DNA of 64,000 nt, from the NCBI GenBank assembly GCA_002269645.1, contig NIVC01000064.1, positions 558,001-622,000 of the forward strand, given 5' to 3'. Below the pieces are notes generated by a model. The model searched no databases. It saw only the letters and a program-made list of their open reading frames with translations, and was not told where the DNA came from. The translations under genes and the position numbers were made by a program. Position 1 is the stretch's first letter, and each line of letters opens with the position of its first letter. This DNA comes from Macrostomum lignano (lineage: Eukaryota). Below, one piece after another: positions 49,911-62,229 of this stretch.

Positions 49911-50709
49911 GCAGAGAGATTCAAGAAACAAACTTGCAGCCCAGACGCCGCTTTCAATTCCGAAATCGCATCTCAAGTGGGCAGTTTTCACAACAACTCA
50001 TTACAGGCCATATTTCAACAGGAGCTGCAGGGGTGGAGCTGTGTAATCAGCAATTTCCCTAGCAATGGCAGAGTTTCAGAAGCCAATTTGCACTCTTGAA
50101 GCAATAAAAGAAAGGCAAACACTCTAGACACTAAAATGAACCAGGCATAAGTAAAACTAAAAAAATAGAAGCAGAAAAACCACCATTTGAGCATAGTAAA
50201 ACCTTCAAAACAGTCCCGGTTTGATTTTAATAAAAATGTTTGAGTATATTTCTACCAACAAAGGTACACAACAACTTTTATGATCAATAAACTTCAGGAC
50301 GGATTTCTAATTGTTGAGATTCGCAAAAACACTTATAAAAGTATAAATAAAGCTGGTAAAAAACTCTGATAGACAAATACTTCAATCTAGTTAGGAAGCA
50401 GTCCATAAGTTTTTTATTAAAAAATTTCACTTTAAGCTGGGAGAAAAAATACGACAAATCAACAAGTGTCAGAAAATAATAGAAATTTTCAAGGAATTTG
50501 TAAAAACAGACAGCAAAAATTTGCTGAGAATTAACAATAACAGTTATTTGGAGCAGAATGGAATATAAAGTGCACACATCACTGCATCACGCCTAGCACC
50601 TAAAGTCACCTTGTTTTTTTACTTTGTAATTGGTTCAATTTGCGATTTTTTATTATTTTTACTTGGGGAAGAAAGGGGAGACTTAGAGACGAGATTAGGG
50701 GCATAGGAT

Positions 50710-51075
50710 AGGGTGAATAGAGAGGCAGTGAGCAGAGATAGAAGAGAGAGGAGAGAGGAGAGAGCGGAGATGTGAGAGAGAGAGAGAGAGGATAGAGGGG
50801 GAGAGAGCGGAGATGTGAGAGAGAGAGAGGATAGAGGGGGAGAGAGCGGAGATGTGAGAGAGAGAGAGAGGATAGAGGGGGAGAGAGCGGAGAGGTGAGA
50901 GAGAGAGAGAGGATAGAGGGGGAGAGAGCGGAGATGTGAGAGAGAGAGAGAGAGGATAGAAGGGGAGAGAGCGAAGATGGGGGAGGGAGGGTAGAGGTGG
51001 AGAGAGTGATGGGGAGGGAGGGTAGAGGTGGAGAGAGTGATGGGGGAGGGAGGGTAGAGGGGGAGAGTGGAGAGC
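50710..51075. repeat. GA-rich polypurine tract
   Basis: Direct inspection. Confidence 0.9.
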
Positions 51076-51205
51076 AAAGCTAAGAGACAAGAGAAGCAAG
51101 CAATAGACAGATGAAGCATAGAAATGAATAGCCGAAAATCCAATAAATCAAGGTGCCAGATTAACAGTAACGCATACGAAATTAAGGCAACATAAAATTT
51201 TTTAA

Positions 51206-52863
51206 TCAATCATCCCCTTCCTCTCCAGCCTCTTCCTCTTCATTGACTTCATCATTATTCTCTTCCTCGGCCTCAGCCTCTGCGTCATCAGCTGCTTGTG
51301 CATCGCCAACCTCCTCGGCCACCGTAGTCAGCGGAGCCTCTTCGAGTCGTTGCAGGCGAGCGCGAAGCTGTTCAACATCCTCTAGACGGAGCAGCTGCTC
51401 TACCAGGTCCGGCGTGAGCTTGAGCAGCGCCTCGGCTGACAGGGCTGGGAGTGACAGCGACTGCAGGCGGTCGCGAAGCTGCTCGACGCCTGGGTGAGAA
51501 TTGTTTAAATAGAGTGAACTGCTCAACTATCTGAAATAAGCTCCTGAGTGATCTGGAGTGAACTTCTAAGCGATCTAGAGTGAACTTCTAAGCGATCTAG
51601 AGTGAACTTCTAAGCGATCTAGAGTGAACTTCCAAGCGATCTAGAGTGAACTTCTAAGCGATCTATAGTGAACTTCTAAGCGATCTAGAGTAAACTTTTA
51701 AGCGATCTAGAGTGAACTTCTAAGCGATCTAGAGTGAACTTCTAAGCGATCTAGAATGAACTTCTAAGCGATCTAGAATGAACTTCTAAGCGATCTAGAA
51801 TGAACTTCTAAGCGATCTAGAATTAACTTCTAAGCAATCTAGAGTGAACTTCTAAGTGATCTGGAGTGAACTTCTAAGCGATCTAGAATGAACTTCTAAG
51901 CGATCTAGAGTGAACTTCTAACCGATCTATAATAAACTTCTAAGCGATCTAGAGTGAAATTCTAAGCAATCTAGAGTGAAATTCTAAGCGATCTAGAGTG
52001 AACTTCTAAGCGATCTAGAGTGAACTTCTAAGCAATCTAGAGTGAACTTCTAAGTGATCTGGAGTGAACTTCTAAGCGATCTAGAATGAACTTCTAAGCG
52101 ATCTAGAGTGAGGTTCTAACCGATCTAGAATGAACTTCTAAGCGATCTAGAGTGAACTTCTAAGCAATCTAGAGTGAAATTGTAAGCGATCTAGAGTGAA
52201 CTCTAAGCGATCTAGAGTGAACTTCTAACCGATCTAGAATGAACTTCTAAGCGATCTAGAGTGAAATTCTAAGCAATCTAGAGTGAAATTCTAAGCAATC
52301 TAGAGTGAAATTCTAAGCAATCTAGAGTGAAATTCTAAGCAATCTAGAGTGAAATTCTAAGCGATCTAGAATTAACTTCTAACCGATCTAGAATGAACTT
52401 TTAAGCGATCTAGAATGAACTTCTAAGCGATCTAGAATGAACTTCTAAGCGATCTAGAGTGAACTTCTAAGCGATCTAGAGTTAACTTTTAAGCGATCTA
52501 GAATGAACTTCTAAGCGATCTAGAATGAACTTCTAACCGATCTACAAAATGAACTTCTTAAACTACTTTCAAGATGCGCAGAATAAAGTTATCTATTCAG
52601 TATCCAGTGTATCTCAATTGCACTTCTACAACCATAGACAACCATATAAAAGTGCATTCTGTGTAACATCACCCCAGAAACTCACTAGCCATGTCAACCG
52701 GAGTCTGCGACGGAACTTTCTGACCGTCGTCCAAGGCGATCTCGAGGTCGCCGCCGATGTCGACGCTCTCCTCGACGACGGGCTCCGGCGTGGGCGGCTT
52801 TGGTGGAGGGAACACCAGCAGGTAGTCGCGCTGGGCGGCCTGGATTGCGGGGTCGATGATTGT
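51206..52863 (-). CDS. Last two exons of an unidentified gene (Pro-rich, then acidic C-terminus)
   Basis: Exons 52863-52686 (TIIDPAIQAAQRDYLLVFPPPKPPTPEP..) and 51489-51206 (..EEEEAGEEGDD*); donor A|GTGAGT and acceptor CCCAG| are phase 1 compatible; upstream exons not located. Confidence 0.7.
51545..52550. repeat. 22-bp intronic satellite (~45 units)
   Basis: CTAGAGTGAACTTCTAAGCGAT. Confidence 0.95.
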
Positions 52864-55800
52864 CTGGCTACACAATTTTACTACTGAATACGTACGGGTC
52901 ATGGCATTTAATTATTTACACTACTTTAATTAGACAAGGTGAGTTCTTCGACTCGACTCAGTCAGTGCGACCACAGAGAATTTTCAAAATAATAGCAGAG
53001 CAATGTTTTAAGGTTTATGTGCAATTACTGTTGCATAATAAATGGCGAAAAGTTTACTTAATTTCACTAGGATATTGGAAAGACCGACTGACGCCAAAAT
53101 GGGTGTCATTACTAAAAGGCTAAATCCGAAAGTTTGTGTTTCTCTGCTTTTCAAGCCGTGTTTAATATTTAAACTTTTGCGATTTGCGCGTTAATTCATT
53201 TTTTTCTGGCTCGTAACCTCCATACTTTTTCTACAAGGCTTTATCTGCCGAGAAGCTCGTAATACAATCTTGTAAGTAACTCTATATGTACTGCTCACAC
53301 ACATAACCTGGTGATGATAAAATAATTTCACCGTCACAATAACTGTCATTTTTTAGACGTTCAACAATAGACCCCGACAAAGGCCATTATGCGGCCGAAA
53401 TATTCGTGGTATCGAAAGCTTGACCTTCCCACTTCTTCAATTTTCCGAATGCGCGGTTATAACTGGAAATGTCTAACTGCTTGTTCATATCTGTCTATTT
53501 ATATATCTATCTATTAGCACCATTGACACGATCGAAAACATGATGGACAGCAGCACAAGAGCCTGCATTCCCAGAGTTATTCCTTGTACGGACAGGTATA
53601 CAAATATTGTATACGAACTTCGCACGGTTCTCTCAAACCATGCACAAGGGTTGGACACTTGCTGCGTACACTCGATCACGCTCTCTAAAGGAAATTTACT
53701 GTCCTTTAAAGCTGTCTGCCCTCACTGATGGTATTGATAAATCCAATGTGCGACGGGGCTCACCACAAATTTATAAATAAACTCACAATATATTTTAGTC
53801 CCTACTTGCAGTATGTTTTCATTTTTTGCTTTTCATTTTCGTGTTTTCGCGTATTTTTCGTCTTGGCTGTGTAACTTACGATTAGAGCTGCTACTGAGTG
53901 AGTCGTCTTTTTATTCCTCTTCCTACCCCGTGGACCAGTCAGCTTGTTTTTTTCTTCGGTTGCCCGAGAATTTCGAGGCACAACCGCACTTGGCACAACT
54001 CCGAAAGAGAATTTTCTGAGCAATATAATCAGCAACGTCAAAACACTCATACCGGAGCACATCAGCATCGATCGCGACCAAACCACAGACTTCCAGACGC
54101 TGATCTACGAGCGTACCAACAATGGGACTGGTCTTGGAACAACCGCCGTAACAACGATGTACCGCACCGTACTCGGGATAAGACTAGTCGTGAAAATGTT
54201 AAACCTCGCCGCAACCGCAACAAACCTCGCAGGATTAAGAATCGCAACGTCGAGACGTGATTCTCGACGAAATAAGGATGGCCCTTATGCTCCTGTTACT
54301 AAGGCTCTACCGACTAGTGCAGCCTAAAGTCTCACCCAGTCAAGAAACTCTTAAGGTCTGTCCATCACTTGGACAACTGGCGTATGTGCCGAAAAGTGTT
54401 CACAAGAAAGCCGAGCAGAAAGAAACGCTCATCCGAACAGCTATGCCGACCGATGGACCATTCAACGCGTTAAAGAAAACGCGGCGACCTGGAAAAGCAG
54501 AAAGCAAGATGCAATGGAGAGCCACTACGAGCTTTGCATGCTAAAAACTGCGTACGAGCTACAGTACAAGAGGCCACACCATCAACGTCGATCAAGTCAC
54601 CCTGAAGGCAGGCTGGCAGGTGGGCTACCGCTGGGCTTCGAAAGACCAGGGGAAGCGGTTCAACATTTCACTGCAGGACACGGGTGAGCTTTTCTGTGAA
54701 AGTACTTCTATTATTGCAGGGCCACCAAGCACACTTAAAAACACCGTTGTGACAGACTTGCAGTCTAATACCTAGCGGTTCAATGGGAACTGTACTCATG
54801 CTAGCAATCAGATAACACAACAGATGGGCCACTGCAGCCTTGCTGCAGACGCCAAAGTGTCCTTGGATTCAATGAGGAACCAAGAATACTTAGGCACAGA
54901 GAAATAACTGCGAGTGACAATTCACCATCTTCGTCCACCGCAGCGCTACCACTATGTCTAAAATCATGGTCAAGGTGTTAGATGGATGCAAAAACGATTT
55001 TAAACTTGTAATTATCGAAGCTACGCACATTAAATTTACACAAGCTTAGTTGAAAAGAGCAGCTTGATAGCTAGCAGTGGAGTGTAAAACCAACTCAGAG
55101 TGCTGTAAGTTGGCAATGAGGATGACTCTCTCTCTCTCTCAGTTGGCTTTAAACATATTTTCGCGTTCCTTTTTATACGAGCTACGAGCTACATTAAGTA
55201 TAAAAGTATAAAACAGGGTCAGACTGCCTGTCTTCAAGAGCTTGGCACGGAAGACAGACCCCCCCCCCTGTGCAGAGAGTTGCAGGATCGGGCTGTCTGT
55301 GGTCGGGAGCTTGATACGGGGATGATCTGCAATCAGACATCCCCACCTGCTACCGACAGCACCAAAGCAGATGCCAGCCAAGACAGTGTTCAATCACTGA
55401 TCTACATGCCACCCTCGATGCACATACGGTTCACCAAAGCCATGAAAACCAATGCACGTTCAGTCGACTCCAGTCTTGAGGAAGGTCTTGAAGACTGAGT
55501 AGTCTTCGGACCAAGCAAAAATCACGCTGCTAACTACTGTAATGATAACAACATAAAAATGTCCTAAGAAGGGTTGGAGATGAAGCCCCTAATCACAGCC
55601 AGCAACGGAGCACCCAGATACTCGTAGCCAAGTTGAAATATGTTCTAACGTGAGATATGAAAGAGCTAATCCCATGTCGAACGTTAAGGCTGTGATCCTG
55701 TTACCATGGGACCAGGCTCTTCTAAGGCAATTTGAACAGCTTATCGACAAGCAGCTGACCACAACTATCAACCACTGTGGCAAAAGACTTTCCAAAATCG

Positions 55801-57520
55801 AAAGTCTACACGATAGATCAAATTAGTTGCTGCCGATGCACCTGACAAATATCTGTGAGCAGCGGAAAACAGATACCGGTACAGCAAAGCAGATAAAATT
55901 TTGGGCTGCTGTGTCACTTCAAACAACGAAGACAAGAGGAAGAGATTACCCTAATCGATCTACTTCAAGCGCACGGATTCCCAACAATGATTGAACCCAA
56001 ATTCCTTTTATCCAAAGCAGACATTCAAAGGTATGAAATCTCTGTTTCTTCGCTACTCCATCTTTGAAGATGACTTTAATCAGGCCAGCAGCAACCTAAA
56101 TGTGCATTCTAAAAAAGCAGGGACATTCAATCCCTTCGATCGACATTTTTTTCTGTGGAATTTCGGCTTCCAAGACTGCGGTAGCCGAGACTGTGAGTTA
56201 TGCGAGACTGTGAAAAAGGCGGAGCAATCAAGGTCAGACTCCAGCCTCACTTGAGCGATATCAGGCTCGCTAAGGACAACCGTGTTAGCAGGAATTTTTG
56301 CTCTTCCAATCACTGCTTTGGTAATTTACGCATCATGGGCCTCTGGTACCTCAGCATCGAGAATGAGACCAGCAAAGAAGCCTATCGCAAACGCAGGATC
56401 GTGGAACAGAAAATCATCTCCCCGCTGAGCACGCAGTCATCATGCACAAGGGTTGCACACTGTATCTGCGTTCACTCGATTACACTTTTGAGAACATTTT
56501 CTGCCCCTGAAAAATTCCTGCCCTCACTGATGGCATTGATTAAGCTTTTCAGAGTGGGCGGCAATGCAGCAATACTGTGCGACGGGGCCCACCACAACTT
56601 AACACAAAATATCTAGTCCCCAACTACAGTATATTTCAGTAGATTTTCGCTTGATTTTGTTACACATGCAGAGAACCCCGACTAAGGCCAGCTCATTGCC
56701 GAAATATCGGTTCAGTACATTTATATTTTTCGTCTGTAACAGTCTTTGTGATTTTTCTCGTTTAAGTTAAGCTTAGAGCTGCTATACTGTTTGGGTGGTC
56801 TTATTTATCTATCTATCTACCATTTTTACTCAACGACGCTGTTCAGCGCACCCTTTTAAAGCTGGTATATAAATATTAAGGTTATGATAAAATAGCTTCA
56901 CTGCCAATATAATTGTTGTTTTTATACCCTTAAAATAAACCATAATGAGCATGAGCACTAGTATCTGCGGCTGACACTTCTACCTGTACGGCTCTACTAC
57001 TAATAAGACTACTACTACTACTTTTCTACTACTAGTCTACTACTGAACGGCAGTGCCCAGTTGCCTGTGACCAGGGGCTGGACGGACGGCGGTCTGTGAC
57101 CAGACACCGCCAACTGCGACTCGTGGCCTGACTGGCTACTCAATTTAATTACTGTTATCCAGTTAAATCTAATTATTTACACTCCTTTATGAAGTCAAAG
57201 TTCTTAGTGCTCTTTATCAATTTAATATCAGTGTTTTCGAAATAACTTTTTTGTTTTACTTTTCAAGCTGCTTAGTCATTAATTTCTTTGATTTAAACCT
57301 GTTTTTGTATAGCTCCTCACATCTATATTTTTTTGCAAGGCTTTAGTACCCCAACCAATCAGAGTGCTTCAATTTACTCTTTTTCATTTACTTTCTGTAC
57401 ACATTTTTACTCAAAAATGCTCAGAGCTGCCCTTCCAAGCTGGTATATCAATAATAAGGTAATGGTAAATAACTTCACTGCCAATATTTTTTGTTTTTAT
57501 ACCCTAAAAATAAACCCTGA

Positions 57521-57560
57521 TGGCCTGAAGAAGGCCCGGATCTGGCCAAAATATAGGTCG
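57521..57560 (+). ncRNA. Hammerhead motif, probably inactivated (GAAA>AAAA)
   Basis: CUGAAGA-a-GGCCcggaucuGGCC-AAAA-UAUA-GG. Confidence 0.5.
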
Positions 57561-58995
57561 ATTTAACAAATCCATAAGGGGATTCCTACTCTGTGTGCGT
57601 AGTTTTGTTTTGACATTCGTCTGTCTATCTATCTCTATCAATCTACCGGTAGGATATACCTACCAATAGCCGCACCTGGCATAACTCTAAAAACCAGCAA
57701 ACAAACCCAAAAAACGACCGACGCCAGCAAGATCGTAACCAGCCGAGTGGCCTTGGCAACAGATCCCGAAACGAATCATCTACTGGTTACGCTCGGGGCA
57801 AAAACTGACATGGGCCTAATCTTGAAAACGCCGCACTACAGACCATAGAACCCGTGATCACGATCATCTTGAGCCTCGCCGTAACACCCGTCATGATCCA
57901 CGTGATGACAACCGCCGTGGTTCCCGCAGCGACGGTTGCCGGTTTCCCCGAGGCCCTCGCGCTGACACCCGTCAAGAAGCTCACCAGCGGACTCCGATGT
58001 CGACAAAAGCCGCACGAGTTGCCCGCCTCGTTAAGCAACTCTTCCGAGCGGCGCAACACTTGGAGAACTGACGAGTTGTCCCGAGTGGGGTGCACCGCAA
58101 AACCGAACAGCTAAAAAAATTTATTCGGCCGGCCCTTCATACCGAAGCGACGCAACAATGCGTGCATGACAACGCTTTGACATGGGAGCTGAGCGCCCAG
58201 GATACAATGGAGAACCATTATGAGCTATGCCTTTTCTGCTTGTCAGCCGAAATCGAGGATGCCAGCAAGAAGGTCGACACGAGTCAGCTGCAAACGGGCT
58301 GACGTGTTAGCTTCCGCTGGGCATTGTAAGACCTCGGCAAACGATTCGCTTGCTATCGAGAGGTGCTACGCGCCCACTTCCGTCACATGTGGATCAAAAT
58401 GGTAATCCCATATTTAGATAATACTGGTGAGCCACTTTTCGTCTGTAAAAGCGTACTAAGAATTAACCCACCGGCCTCTCCTCTCCGTATGTTTAATGAG
58501 GAACCAAGCTTGCTCAACCTCGACGGTGACGGGAGGCTGGAAGGACTCCAAACCTCCGACCGACGCAATGCAATCGTCAGAGCTAATTGTGCAGTTGCAG
58601 GGTCGAGTCGCCAGTGCTCAGGGACTCGACACAGGGGTGGTATGCGATCAGGCATCCCCACCTGCAGGCAGCAATGGTGCTCTCAATGAACATCTATCTA
58701 CTGCTGAGCCGCACACGTCCGCCATCACTATCGACGACTCACAATCGCAGGGTAGAGTCACCAGCGCTGGACAGTATTGGCCTTGAGGACAGTGTTCACT
58801 TAACAGCAGCCTCCGACCAAGAGTCCATCCTGCAGGACCGACCCACCTGTGCCCAGGAACCCAAAGTAGGCGCAGACTGTCCTCAGTCACCACAGGCTAG
58901 CGCGCACCCCACCAAAGCTCGTATATAAACATTAAAGTTATGATAAAATAAGTTCACTGCCAAAATAATCGTTGTCTTTATACCCAAAAAATAAA

Positions 58996-59032
58996 TCCTG
59001 AAGAAGGCCAGGTTCTGGCCGAAAAATCGGTC
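58996..59032 (+). ncRNA. Minimal type I hammerhead ribozyme (helix III variant)
   Basis: uc-CUGAAGA-a-GGCCAG(guu)CUGGCC-GAAA-AAUC-GG. Confidence 0.6.
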
Positions 59033-59920
59033 GATTTAAATAAGTTCGATTTGACTTATCATTAAGAGAATTCGACTCTGAGTGCGTGGCTTTACTTTGG
59101 CATTCGGCTATATCTTCTCCCGCGACCAGTGATTGGTTTTCTCTCGGTGTGCCGTCTACTCACCCCGCTAAAAATTAACTCATGACCAAAATGAGCACAA
59201 GCGCTAATATTTACAGCTGATACTACTAGACGTTCGAGCCTACTATGACTACGATTACGACGTTGAAGACTACTACTATATTCTACTACTACTACTACCA
59301 CTACTGTTACTACTACTATTAATCTGCAATCGATCGGCAGTGCCCAGGGGCTGTGCAGGCGGCGGTCTGTGACCAGACGCCGACAACTGCGACTCGTGGC
59401 CTGACTGGCTACTTCAAATAACCTCTACTAGTACGACTCTACTATGACTACGACTAGGACTACTACTACTACTGCAACTAATACAGATGATCGGCAGTGC
59501 CCAGTCGCCTGTGTCCAGGGGCTGTGCAGGCGGCGGTCTGTGACCAGACGCCGCCAACTGCGACTCGTGGCCTGACTGGCTTCTCGTTCTCAATTACTGT
59601 TGGTGTATTTGCATTTAATTATTTACAATACTTTAAGCAATCCAAGTTCTTAGTGCTCTTTATCAATTTAAGTTGTGTTTTCGTAATAAATTTTGTCGTA
59701 CTAGTCAAGATGCTTAGTCATTCACTTTTTTCTAAATCAGTTTTTCTGTAGCTCCTCACATTTATTTTCGTTATTATCCAAGGCTTTAAAGCTGCAACCA
59801 ATCAGCGTGCTTCAATTCATCCTTTTTATTTTAAGTACACATTTTACTCAACGCTGCTAAGCGCACCCCTCCAAAGCTCGTATATAAATATTAAAGTTAT
59901 GATAAAATACCCCAAAAATA

Positions 59921-59958
59921 AACCCTGAAGAAGGCCAAATCTGGCCGAAATATCGGTC
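59921..59958 (+). ncRNA. Minimal type I hammerhead ribozyme (intact)
   Basis: aaCC-CUGAAGA-a-GGCCA(aauc)UGGCC-GAAA-UAUC/GGU; palindromic AUAU helix III as in dimeric Penelope-type hammerheads; predicted cleavage after 59954. Confidence 0.75.
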
Positions 59959-60711
59959 GATTTAAATACGTTCGATTTGACTAATCATTAAGAAAATCCG
60001 ACTCTGAGTGCGTGGCTTTACTTCAGGTGTCCCAAATTTATTTAGATTACTGCTGCTATTTGAAGAGTGAACTATAGCTACAGCTGTCAGCGCACCACAT
60101 GCTACCATAGACAGTACCGAAGACGCACAAGAGATTTAAGTATAACTACACCCTCTCTTGCGCATTACTAATAGATTTTTATGAATCAGATTAAACATCG
60201 GCCCGAGGGATTTATGAAAATAACTCCCGAAGAAGGCATGTTTTATCTCATATAAACCATAGATAAACTCCGGGATAATATTAGATAATACCCCGGAGTT
60301 ATAATATAATCCTGCAAATACAAAAAAGAAGTGTCTATGGCCAAAATGCCTACTAACTGAGAGGTGGGGTCGAGGGGGCGATGAGCCCCCCGCGGGGGTG
60401 TGGGGGCAGAGCCCCCACGTAAACAAACACTTATAATTAATTGTCTATGGTCTAAAGAAGCTACACGTCGGGAGATCAGGTCTGACTTTCATTTAAGTTT
60501 CGACAGTTCATTCATTTATTACAGAGTCTATCGAAAGGCTTTTCGATGCGTCAAATTCTTAATCCACTCGTCGACTATTCAAAAGATTTTATTGGCAACT
60601 TCGATCCAAACGTCCTACCGCTCGATTTCGTAAAGTCACGCGCTGGTGGAGATTTTCAAGATCATCAGTGGCTGGCGACTGAGATGAAAAGATACCTGGT
60701 ATGAAGAAGAA

Positions 60712-61944
60712 GTGGAGTTGGAAGATTTATACGAGATAGAGACGTTTGAGACACCACTGTTGGATGGTGGCGGTCGTTTTGCTATAGTCGACAGTGTTGC
60801 CGCGCTGAACGAGTCTGTCCGTCCAAAGGGCACAATCAATCGGAACAACTGGGCCCTGCGAATTTTCCAGGCATGGGTGAGCTCTCGTGTCAGTGAGATC
60901 GGCATGAAGCCCATCACCGAGTTCAGCTGTGAGGAAATCAATACGATTCTCGGTCGCTTCATCCACGAGGTGCGAAAGGTCAACGGCGAGCGTTATCCTA
61001 GAGGGTCATTAGTATCGATAGCCGCTGGACTTAATTCGGCCATTCGAGAGGTCCAGCCGACAGTAGATCTGTTCAAGTCAATGGAACTACGGCCATTCAG
61101 GGACTCGTTGGACGCTGCAATGAAACTGTCAACCGCCGCTGGTACTTCACTCAACAGTAAGCCAGCTGGGATTTTAAGTGTTTCTGACGAAGAAAAAATA
61201 TGGCAGTCTGGAGTCCTCGGCTTGGATAATCCTGATCAGCTGACCAAGACGCTCTTTTTTCTCAATGGACTCCACTTTGCTCTACGTGGAGGTGAAGAGC
61301 ATTCGAATCTGATGCTTTCCCAGATAACAATTGAAATACGCGACAACGAAGAGTGTCTTATTTACCGAGAAGCCTCATCAAAGACCTACCATGGCGGCTT
61401 GAATGACAAACGTCGCAAACAAGTGGAGCGGTTGTACGTCCCTTCTCACGCTAGATCCGTCTGTCATCTACAAGCGTTCAAGACTTATCTAAAGGTGCGT
61501 CCCCCAGACGCTACACGATTCTACCTCCAATCGGCCAAAAAGTGGGATAGCGGTGCGGCGTGGTATTGTAACAGACCGATTGGCAAAAACTACATGTGCA
61601 AAATGATGGCTACGATCACCGAGGATGCTGGCGTGCCCAAGCTGACAAACCACAGCCTGAGGGCAACATGTGCGACGCGTCTCTTTCAAGCTGGTGTGGA
61701 CGAGCAGCTTATAATGGAGCGTACTGGCCATCGCAGTGTCGACGGCGTACGTGCGTACAAGCGAACATCTACGAACCTAATCAAGTCGTCTAGTCTGGTG
61801 GTCGATGGCAGGCCGATTCAAGAAGCCACGACCTCATCTGGTGCATCTGGAAGTGGTGGCCACAGCTTCGTATTCAACAACTGTTCCGTTGTTCAAAACA
61901 TTTGTACGATGGGTACCTGTAGTCGACCTGATGGATTGCTATAA
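60712..61944 (+). CDS. Crypton-type tyrosine recombinase (DUF3504/KIAA1958-like)
   Basis: Open 410-aa frame with LRGGEE (R), NHSLRAT (HxxR), TGHRS (H), RAYKR (Y), and EVRK..GERYP motif; true start codon unclear. Confidence 0.85.
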   Translation: MELEDLYEIETFETPLLDGGGRFAIVDSVAALNESVRPKGTINRNNWALRIFQAWVSSRVSEIGMKPITEFSCEEINTILGRFIHEVRKVNGERYPRGSLVSIAAGLNSAIREVQPTVDLFKSMELRPFRDSLDAAMKLSTAAGTSLNSKPAGILSVSDEEKIWQSGVLGLDNPDQLTKTLFFLNGLHFALRGGEEHSNLMLSQITIEIRDNEECLIYREASSKTYHGGLNDKRRKQVERLYVPSHARSVCHLQAFKTYLKVRPPDATRFYLQSAKKWDSGAAWYCNRPIGKNYMCKMMATITEDAGVPKLTNHSLRATCATRLFQAGVDEQLIMERTGHRSVDGVRAYKRTSTNLIKSSSLVVDGRPIQEATTSSGASGSGGHSFVFNNCSVVQNICTMGTCSRPDGLL

Positions 61945-62229
61945 ATCGTTAGCTATACGTAACAAGCTGAAATAATATGCGAACATACTGGTGAAAACTG
62001 TTTTGACCATTGCAATGATCTGTTAAATTCAATTTTTTATCATATTGCATGTTTAGTGTCTATGGTCAGAATCAACTGACTGAAGAAATATACCGACAAA
62101 TAAAATCCCGGAAAAACTAAGATTATCAAGTCATGTAACATCCCGCGACTTGAAAAAATGTACCGGAAAGTTGCGTTATCTATGGTTTATGGCTCATTTT
62201 TGCCTACTGCAACGCCAGTGCAAAAACGA

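Larger units (their letters stand above)
53330..60020 (+). mobile_element. Array of hammerhead-bounded Penelope-like/retrozyme-like units with decayed ORFs
   Basis: Five HHR-like motifs at ~53375, 56675, 57520, 58997, 59923 inside direct-repeat (pLTR-like) blocks, e.g. 57060-57610 ~ 59335-60020 ~ 58910-59110; homologous ORF remnants between them. Confidence 0.6.

Noticed and set aside
49242-51209. Leu/Ser/Pro-rich ORFs (also 7091-7600)
   Set aside because: Artefacts of GA-rich low-complexity tracts.
53700-56620. CDGAH motif suggesting a CDGSH iron-sulfur domain
   Set aside because: The required CxC..S/T at the consensus spacing upstream is absent in both copies.
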